Source: an uncultured Candidatus Saccharibacteria bacterium (GTDB lineage: Bacteria; Patescibacteriota; Minisyncoccia; UBA6257; UBA9933). Taken from it: 64,000 bases of DNA. The stretch spans positions 83-64,082 of the forward strand of contig CAZXNT010000001.1 in the NCBI GenBank assembly GCA_964642155.1, in the 5' to 3' direction. Below are positions 57,221 to 64,000 of the stretch, piece by piece (the stretch's first letter is position 1; each line of letters opens with the position of its first letter). Under the pieces are notes generated by a model. The model did no database searches. It was not told the DNA's origin and saw only the letters and a list, made by a program, of their open reading frames with translations. A program made the translations under genes and the position numbers.

Positions 57221-58458
57221 AATGCCAAACTATAAACTTTGTTATCATATCTATTCACAAACAGCAATTGGTTGTCAAACGGCGTAAAATGTTCGGCATC
57301 CAAAGCCGGTTCAGCTTCGCCGTAAAGCCCGCTAAAAGTATTTTGATTAATGTCAATTTCGTAAATCGCGTCCGTTGAATAAGCCGCTCTTTTAAGGTAT
57401 TCGTCCGGCAATTTCGGCTCCTGAAAACTGGTATACGATTGCGGAATAGCGCAGTAAATTTTCGCCAGCCCGATTGAACATTTATTCGGCAACGTGGAAA
57501 ATCCCATATTGGCGCGATTTGTTCCATTCTTATCAATTAAATTTAATTTCCCGTTGGCGCCTTTGCTGTCACTTTCAAACTTCAAGCCGAATTCACCGTT
57601 ATCTTTCGCCCAATTCAGCATTAAACCATTACCGGAGATAAATGGGCTTATAGTTTTATTTTTAACGTCAATCGCGAAAAATTCACTATTGTATAAATAT
57701 GACGGCTTTTGAAACAAAATTATTTTATCATTATTAAACCAGTTTAAATCAAAATCCTTCTGCGTCAAAGAAAAAATTTTTAATGTTTGTTTTTTCTTGC
57801 CGACTAAATCTCTAATCATTAAATTGCTTGTTATTTTCGCTCCGGCTTCAAGATAGGCGATTTTTGTTCCATCCGGAGAAAATGTCGCAGCTGAAACTTT
57901 TTCCAACGGCTGCCACATTTTTGAAATCAAACTAAAAAGTTCAAGTTGCGGCGAAGTCAAATTTCCATAACGGACAATCACCATTAAACCGTCATTGTTG
58001 GCTTCTATTTTTTGCAAATTTTCAAAAGTCCGGTCGCTTATCATCTCATCTTCGCCTTCTTTTGCCCTAAAAATTTGTCCGCTTTGATTAAAATAAAAAA
58101 CTTGCTTTTCCAGATTTTTAAGAGTTGAAGTTGCTGAAGACGCGGAAGAAGTGGAAGTAGCGGCTGTGGAAGTGGCGACAGTTTTCGCAACAACCGAAAC
58201 AGTCTTGGATGTCTGGTCTTGTATAAAAACTAACGGTCCGCCGGTTGCCCAATAATCAAAAACCGGCTGGTCGCTGATAATTTGCAATTTTTTCTTTTCG
58301 CCGGTTCCGGACGCGATTCCGAATTCTCCCACTTGTTCAACTCCGGCGCCGGGAGTTAAAATTTCTTTGGATTTTTTATAAGCAAAATACGCGCCGATTC
58401 CAATGGCGATAATTCCCAAAACAACGCCAATTATGATAAATATTTTTTTCTTGGTCAT
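57217..58458 (-). CDS. Bitopic surface protein with Ser/Thr linker and beta-propeller-like domain
   Basis: N-terminal TM, ATSTAATSTSSASSATST, FSPDGTKIAY. Confidence 0.65.
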   Translation of the reverse strand: MTKKKIFIIIGVVLGIIAIGIGAYFAYKKSKEILTPGAGVEQVGEFGIASGTGEKKKLQIISDQPVFDYWATGGPLVFIQDQTSKTVSVVAKTVATSTAATSTSSASSATSTLKNLEKQVFYFNQSGQIFRAKEGEDEMISDRTFENLQKIEANNDGLMVIVRYGNLTSPQLELFSLISKMWQPLEKVSAATFSPDGTKIAYLEAGAKITSNLMIRDLVGKKKQTLKIFSLTQKDFDLNWFNNDKIILFQKPSYLYNSEFFAIDVKNKTISPFISGNGLMLNWAKDNGEFGLKFESDSKGANGKLNLIDKNGTNRANMGFSTLPNKCSIGLAKIYCAIPQSYTSFQEPKLPDEYLKRAAYSTDAIYEIDINQNTFSGLYGEAEPALDAEHFTPFDNQLLFVNRYDNKVYSLAL

Positions 58459-58535
58459 TTTTTATTTAAAATTTAATCCAATAACTTTATTAACGATTAT
58501 TATATCATTTTAAAACGATGAAATACATGACTAAA

Positions 58536-59198
58536 TTATCGCAATAATTGGCAATTAAAATTTTTCCCAACGCTATCATTACATCCATTTAATGGACATT
58601 GACAACTTTGTTGACATTTTTCTAAATTAGGATAACTACTCATTGTGTGAGTACTAGTTATCCCAATCGCATTCGTGGTTTGATATTTACACTCATATCC
58701 TACGTTATATCGAATCGGTTCTTCTTTTTTCGATTCTTGCTTTTTTACCTCAACCGGCACTAACTTTTCCATTTCCAAATTCACCAATCTTGTGCCGCCT
58801 ATTGTCCGCAAAAGCAAATTTGCGCCCAATAACAGAACCAAGCCCCAGACAGCGCCGGTAATCCAGGAAATGGCGTCTGCTTGCCCTGATGGATTCCCCG
58901 CGGAAACCGTGTATTTTATGCCGCCAAAAATTATAGCTCCCAAAGCCGCTACTCCGACTGCGGCTAAGGCGTAATTATAAAAATTTCTTACCAAACCAGC
59001 GATGTCGCCGACCTTACCCTTACACCAAGGATATTGCTGATCGCAAGAAATATTAGATTTAGCAGTTTGATTTTCTATACATTCTTCATATTCTCCTGCC
59101 AGAAACTTTAAATCTTCACTACACGCCGCCAATGCCAAAACCGGCGCTGTTAAAATTAGAATTACAAAAAATATTAAAAAAAACTTATAAAAATTCAT
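58536..59198 (-). CDS. VirB2/TrbC-like pilin with Cys-rich tail
   Basis: YALAAVGVAALGAIIFGGIKYTVSAGNP...AISWITGAVWGLVLLLGANLLL. Confidence 0.8.
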   Translation of the reverse strand: MNFYKFFLIFFVILILTAPVLALAACSEDLKFLAGEYEECIENQTAKSNISCDQQYPWCKGKVGDIAGLVRNFYNYALAAVGVAALGAIIFGGIKYTVSAGNPSGQADAISWITGAVWGLVLLLGANLLLRTIGGTRLVNLEMEKLVPVEVKKQESKKEEPIRYNVGYECKYQTTNAIGITSTHTMSSYPNLEKCQQSCQCPLNGCNDSVGKNFNCQLLR

Positions 59199-60060
59199 AT
59201 TATCTTACGCCACCGCCCCCTGTATAAGGAGTCACTTTAATATTACCAATCCCTCTTTTTGCCGCTGCTTCATTTGTATAAAAACTCGTATGAGCAGAAG
59301 TAGCATAACTTACATTAAGACTATTACTCGTTCCCGTATTTTCATTTACAAGTGCCACACCATATTCATTTTTATTTGAATTTACAAAATCATAGTAAGC
59401 CTTGTTATAAGTTATATCCAAAGACGGATATCCAAACCCTTGTTCTTTGTGTTTAGCTGCTGATTCGGTGCCGCCAGTTGCTTGAATTTTTGCCACTTCA
59501 GTTGGGTTTATTTTACGAAAATCTTCCACTGTCCTTATATATAAATCTATCGTATCTCTTGGCATACCGTTGAGACTTGTTTTACATTGAGAACTACTTT
59601 GATCAGCACAAACTCCGCTCACACCGGCACTACTAGTAACTTTAATACCCGCTGTATTTAATTTTGCTATTGCTTCATCATGATTATAAAGTTTTTTCTT
59701 TTGATCTTCTGTCCAATTACTCTTATCGGTTTTTTTATTAAAAAGTTCCGGATTAGTATCATAATATCCTCCAAAATAACCTATCGCTAACTTACTTTCT
59801 CCAATCACTGTGCTCCCTTGTTTTAGCGCCTCCACTTGTACCTCCTTTAATTTCTCCAATTCTAAATTAGTCAACTTCGGGTTTATGGTCCGCAAAAGCA
59901 AATTTGCGCCCAATAACAGAACCAAGCCCCAGACAGCGCCGGTAATCCAGGAAATGGCGTCTGCTTGCCCTGATGGATTCCCCGCGGAAACCGTGTATTT
60001 TATGCCGCCAAAAATTATAGCTCCCAAAGCCGCTACTCCGACTGCGGCTAAGGCGTAATT
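58804..60060. repeat. 173-bp identical direct repeat (58804-58976 = 59888-60060)
   Basis: Base-by-base identical pilin cores. Confidence 0.95.
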
Positions 60061-60324
60061 GTAAAATTTCCTCACTAAATCAGCTATATCACTAGGCTTA
60101 TCATCACACCAAGGATATTTATATTTTTCAAGCGCGCCTCCGCAACCTACGGTAGATTGCGCTTGTGATTTTTCAGCTTGTATACACTCTTCATATACCC
60201 CTACTCCTTGAGATTCTAAGTCTTCTTTGTTGCACGCCGCCAACGCCAAAACCGGCGATATCAAAAACAAAACCGCGAACATAACGAATATAAATATAAA
60301 AAAAAAATGGTAATTATTTAACAT
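59200..60324 (-). CDS. VirB2/TrbC-like pilin with large C-terminal domain
   Basis: Identical pilin core, followed by INP and about 220 aa of extra sequence. Confidence 0.8.
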   Translation of the reverse strand: MLNNYHFFFIFIFVMFAVLFLISPVLALAACNKEDLESQGVGVYEECIQAEKSQAQSTVGCGGALEKYKYPWCDDKPSDIADLVRKFYNYALAAVGVAALGAIIFGGIKYTVSAGNPSGQADAISWITGAVWGLVLLLGANLLLRTINPKLTNLELEKLKEVQVEALKQGSTVIGESKLAIGYFGGYYDTNPELFNKKTDKSNWTEDQKKKLYNHDEAIAKLNTAGIKVTSSAGVSGVCADQSSSQCKTSLNGMPRDTIDLYIRTVEDFRKINPTEVAKIQATGGTESAAKHKEQGFGYPSLDITYNKAYYDFVNSNKNEYGVALVNENTGTSNSLNVSYATSAHTSFYTNEAAAKRGIGNIKVTPYTGGGGVR

Positions 60325-61024
60325 CTAATTTTATTTGACTGCTCGCGAATTCCATTTCATCGGCAAGATTTTTAATTATTGCCTGGATGTTAATACCGAA
60401 TCCCGAAGGCGCCAAATTATCTATGTTTAATTTTAATATGTCTGCGCTTCCAGAAGCGCTTTCCGCCGATTGGCCGTTAACCGTCCAATCAAAAGACAAT
60501 TTACTCAAATCATCAATATTAAAGAAAAAAGGATAAACATTGAATATATTGGTTCCGTTCGGCAGTTGACGGTTGGAATACGGCGCGCCAATAACAGTCT
60601 CCGGACTTGCCAAAGGAATTATAATCGTTTCGCCGATTTGTTCTCCCGCGTAATCAACAATAACAATACGCACGTTAATATCGTCATTCGCGTAATTATC
60701 AACGCCGAAATAAAAATTTTTTATCCCCAAGCCGTCGTCTTCATTTCTTTTTAATTTGTCATTCACATACCAGCGAACTTTATTTTTTGACAAATCAACA
60801 ATCCTGCCGTTTTCAATCAAATCAAAAGAAACATACATCCAGCTTCCTTTGGTCGCCAAAATCTTGCCCTGATACCACGACGGCGCGTAATTTTGCGACC
60901 GCCAAGTGGTTAAAAATCGTGGCTGTGAAACAGTTTGCGCGCTTCCTGTTTGGCTTATAAAGCCTATTAGACTTATCAGAATAATAAGTCCTATTAATCT
61001 CATGTGTCCTATTTGTTTTTTCAT
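60314..61024 (-). CDS. Secreted hypothetical protein (Ig-like beta-rich)
   Basis: Signal peptide, YAPSWYQGK, YPFFFN. Confidence 0.65.
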   Translation of the reverse strand: MKKQIGHMRLIGLIILISLIGFISQTGSAQTVSQPRFLTTWRSQNYAPSWYQGKILATKGSWMYVSFDLIENGRIVDLSKNKVRWYVNDKLKRNEDDGLGIKNFYFGVDNYANDDINVRIVIVDYAGEQIGETIIIPLASPETVIGAPYSNRQLPNGTNIFNVYPFFFNIDDLSKLSFDWTVNGQSAESASGSADILKLNIDNLAPSGFGINIQAIIKNLADEMEFASSQIKLDVK

Positions 61025-61045
61025 TTATTTTAAAAAATTATAACA

Positions 61046-61489
61046 TTATTTTAAATTTCCTAAAAGCTTTAAAATTTTATCCCTCTGTTGTTCCGTCAAT
61101 TTATTGTTAAGCCAAATAACGATACCCAAAGTAATTGTTCGTATGGGCAAAAATCCTCCAGTGAAAGAATCAGCGGTAAAACCCACAATCAATGGCACTA
61201 TTTTTCTTTTAACTATTTGTTTGACAACAAAACCGCCGCTTACGTCTCTAAAAATTGACCAAAACAAAGTAATACTGGATACAAAAAAACCATATAGTAA
61301 AGCCATGATCCATATTATTTGTCCAATCACTGGGACGCCGAAAACAAAAGCGGAAAATAATTCAAAAGCGTCGGAGGAACCAGCGAGTATCATAAAAATG
61401 ATAATTTCCGGCAAAGAAATTTTCGCTTTTTCAGAATTTTCGAGTTCTAACTCCAATTCATCTTTTTTATTTAATTTCTCTAATTCCAT
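61046..61489 (-). CDS. Membrane protein in the T4SS-like cluster
   Basis: 3-4 TM segments. Confidence 0.6.
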   Translation of the reverse strand: MELEKLNKKDELELELENSEKAKISLPEIIIFMILAGSSDAFELFSAFVFGVPVIGQIIWIMALLYGFFVSSITLFWSIFRDVSGGFVVKQIVKRKIVPLIVGFTADSFTGGFLPIRTITLGIVIWLNNKLTEQQRDKILKLLGNLK

Positions 61490-61513
61490 AATAAATTGTT
61501 ATGAATACCCTAT

Positions 61514-63253
61514 TTACTCTCCCATCTCTAAAAGTTCTTCCGGCTTGGTGGTAATTATTTTATTTTCAAAATACGACGCCAAAACCGCGATTGCCACGTG
61601 ATTCAAACCGGCAAAAAACAAACCCTCGCCGACATTGGCTTCCACGAGTAAATTTCTTTCCGCGTCGGACAAAGCGAAAGTTTTTTGCAAAACATCCATT
61701 GACGACGGAGCTTGTTTCAATAAAAGCTGAATTGAAGAGTTGGTGATAATCGGCCGTCCGTAAGGCGAATCCAAAAAATCTTCCACGTTTTGCGTGATGG
61801 TCGTAACACCCAAAAAATATTTACGGCAGCGTTTTACCAATCCGAAAAGGAAAGACGCGCTGTCCTGATATTTCATCAACCACCACGCCTCGTCAATAAT
61901 CATAATCCGTTTTTTAAATTCCGCCCGAATAAGATTCCAGACAAAATTAAGCACGATATAAATGGCGATGGGCCGCAATTCTTCTTCAAGGTCGCGAACC
62001 GAAAAAACAATCAACCTGTTTTTAATGTCAACGTTAGTTGGACGATTGGTAAATCCGGCGTAAGTGCCTTTGGTAAATTTATAAAGCCGGTCAGCCATTC
62101 CCCGTCCGCCTTCCATATTGCCGAGAATTGTTTCCAAATCTTCCAAAAGTGGCGGCTGAATGTCTGAAAAATCTTTTGTTTCAACGGTAATCCCGCGCGA
62201 AGCGTATGTTTCCGTTATCGCCCTATCTAAAATAGCGTCTTCTTCAGATGTAATTTTTCCAAACATTAATTTTAATAAACCGACTAAATTTAAAATATGG
62301 GATTTAAAAACATCCCCCGGCTCTTCGCCCTTAGGAATGATGGGAATTTCAAACGGATTAATAGTGCTTTCGGATGTTAGAGAAATTTTAAAAAAACTTC
62401 CCGCCACGGTATTGGCAAGTCGTTCGTATTCGTTTTCCGGGTCAATTATCAAAACATCCGTGCCCATTGCCAAGGAACGCAAAATTTCAAGTTTCACGGC
62501 ATAAGATTTTCCGGCGCCAGCCTTAGCAAAAACAACCGAATTGGCGTTTTCCAAAGAAAAACGGTCAAAAACAATTAAAGTGTTGTTGTGACGGTTAATG
62601 CCGTATAAAATTCCTTCATCAGAAGTAAGATTTGTTGAAACAAACGGAAAAATGGAAGAGGCCGGCCCGGAATTAAGCGGCGTCCATGTTGTAAGCTTAT
62701 CCAATCCCAACGGCAAAACCGAAGTAAATCCTTCAATCTGCTGAAAAACCGTCGGCTTGGCGTAAATCAACTGGCTTTCAAAAAGAGCGTTTATTTTCTC
62801 TTCAATCCTAAAAAGCTCGTCTAAAGAATCCGCCTGCAAAGTCATATAAACTCCCACATTAAACATTTTTTCCCTGCCTTGCTGAAGAGTATCGCGCAAA
62901 GTTTCAATATCCTGGAAAGCGGTTTCCAACATCGGGTCCCTGATAAGCCCTTTTTCTTCGCGCTCCATAAGCTGAGCTTCAATTTGTGAAGTTTTTTTAC
63001 GCAAACTTTTCATCGCCGCAACGGTATTAACCGGATGGGCAAAAATAGAAATATCCATCAATTCCGGAAGATTGACAATTTTATTAAACCATCCGGAAGA
63101 CAAATAACGCGGATAAGTGAAAAGAAATATAGTCTTCACGAATTTGTCGCCAAGCTTAAGATATGCCGGAAAATTTTCAATCGCCGCCGGCGCAATGACG
63201 TTTTTAATATCTTTCTCGGACGGCGTATATGATTGTGGGATTTTTATATTCAT
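61514..63253 (-). CDS. VirB4-like ATPase
   Basis: YGINRHN, FDRFSLENAN, AKAGAGKS, IIDEAW, KRCRKY. Confidence 0.92.
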   Translation of the reverse strand: MNIKIPQSYTPSEKDIKNVIAPAAIENFPAYLKLGDKFVKTIFLFTYPRYLSSGWFNKIVNLPELMDISIFAHPVNTVAAMKSLRKKTSQIEAQLMEREEKGLIRDPMLETAFQDIETLRDTLQQGREKMFNVGVYMTLQADSLDELFRIEEKINALFESQLIYAKPTVFQQIEGFTSVLPLGLDKLTTWTPLNSGPASSIFPFVSTNLTSDEGILYGINRHNNTLIVFDRFSLENANSVVFAKAGAGKSYAVKLEILRSLAMGTDVLIIDPENEYERLANTVAGSFFKISLTSESTINPFEIPIIPKGEEPGDVFKSHILNLVGLLKLMFGKITSEEDAILDRAITETYASRGITVETKDFSDIQPPLLEDLETILGNMEGGRGMADRLYKFTKGTYAGFTNRPTNVDIKNRLIVFSVRDLEEELRPIAIYIVLNFVWNLIRAEFKKRIMIIDEAWWLMKYQDSASFLFGLVKRCRKYFLGVTTITQNVEDFLDSPYGRPIITNSSIQLLLKQAPSSMDVLQKTFALSDAERNLLVEANVGEGLFFAGLNHVAIAVLASYFENKIITTKPEELLEMGE

Positions 63254-63254
63254 A

Positions 63255-63351
63255 TATTAATTTTCAATTTACAATTTTCAAGCATTTAATTTAAACATTG
63301 TAAATTGATTCATTGTAAATTTATTGGAAATTGATAATTAAAAATTGTAAA
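63255..63351. repeat. AT-rich 7-mer intergenic element, same family as 4925-5075
   Basis: Shared ATTGTAAATTGATTCATT and AATTTATTGGAAATT. Confidence 0.65.
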
Positions 63352-64000
63352 TTATTGTTCTTTAGCTATTTTTAATTCCTTCCTCTCCACTTTTGCCGGA
63401 TTGTAATAATTATAAAACAATTCTATCAGCTCTTCATTGTTTAAGGCGACTGCCCGAAGCCCGATTTGATTTAAGCCGTCTATCACCTGTTCGGTTCTTT
63501 GGTTTAATTGAATTGTTTTTTGCTCCTCGCCTTCGTCTTTTTTATTTTTATCTTTTTTCTTTTCCCAAAATTTCAAACCGAAAAGCAAATCTGAAGTGGC
63601 TCCGGAAATCTGAATCGGGTCGTAAGGCACAACCGCGAAAAAAGTTTTTGCCATTACCGCGTTTTGTTCAACAAACGATTTGATAAATTCCATGTATTCT
63701 GAAATTTGATTTCTTAAAAGCTCGTTTTCTTCCTGCTCTCCCCTTTTTTTAAGATTTTCAATATAAGCGTCTATGTTCATTTTGCGGGAATGAATGACAA
63801 ACTGCATTGAAAAATCCAGCATGTTTAAAAAATTCTGGAAGGCGTAAAGAATAATATTTTGTTCTTCTTCCGATTTAAGGTCAAAATTTATTCCGGAAAC
63901 CATCAAAACGCGACGCAATCCGCCGTTTTTCAAAATAACTATTCCGTTTTTAATTTCCGCGATATCAACAAATTGTTGAGTCGCAACACTTTGTTCCTTT
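63352..64000 (-). CDS. TraC/VirB4-associated protein (5'-truncated by window edge)
   Basis: ATQQFVDIAEIKNGIVILKNG, SGINFDLKSEEEQ, ELFYNYYNP. Confidence 0.8.
   Translation of the reverse strand, partial: KEQSVATQQFVDIAEIKNGIVILKNGGLRRVLMVSGINFDLKSEEEQNIILYAFQNFLNMLDFSMQFVIHSRKMNIDAYIENLKKRGEQEENELLRNQISEYMEFIKSFVEQNAVMAKTFFAVVPYDPIQISGATSDLLFGLKFWEKKKDKNKKDEGEEQKTIQLNQRTEQVIDGLNQIGLRAVALNNEELIELFYNYYNPAKVERKELKIAKEQ

Noticed and set aside
976-63683. Numerous antisense ORFs in the track
   Set aside because: They lie opposite well-supported genes and have no motifs.
1-64000. Alternative genetic code (UGA = Gly)
   Set aside because: Conserved genes such as htpX and ComEC-like end properly at TGA, and long ORFs are intact under code 11.
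57217-64000. Conjugative element (ICE)
   Set aside because: No relaxase, oriT or integrase is seen here; the VirB4/pilin cluster resembles the chromosomal T4SS-like locus common in CPR. It continues past the window edge.

Overview
Low-GC bacterial chromosome segment using genetic code 11 (TGA is used as a stop; tRNA-Trp has anticodon CCA). Gene content points to Patescibacteria/CPR, probably Parcubacteria (inference, no search run). The core is housekeeping: frr, mreB, murA, tgt, aspS, tyrS, rpsB-tsf, def-fmt, rpoBC, mltG-rodA-tsaD, pheS, rplJL, ndk and 7 tRNAs. Accessory or unusual parts are: (1) the end of a serine-recombinase element at a tRNA-Ser; (2) a decayed integron with an integrase pseudogene, a complete attC and cassettes (24.4-27.3 kb); (3) a HicBA/DUF5667 islet at tRNA-Glu; (4) three long Cys-rich paralogs with conserved ends and variable middles, interleaved with two VirD4/TraD-like ATPases (43-54 kb); (5) a VirB4/pilin T4SS-like cluster whose two pilins share an identical 173-bp core; (6) non-canonical aminoacylation (archaeal-type TyrRS beside a C1-G72 tRNA-Tyr, short archaeal-type AspRS, single-chain mitochondrial-like PheRS); (7) many small palindromic and 7-mer elements. 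One MITE sits in reconstructed TAATG stop/start junctions in both copies, one inverted-repeat pair brackets a whole tRNA, and many elements lie in frame inside proteins. All product calls are from motif recognition by eye.
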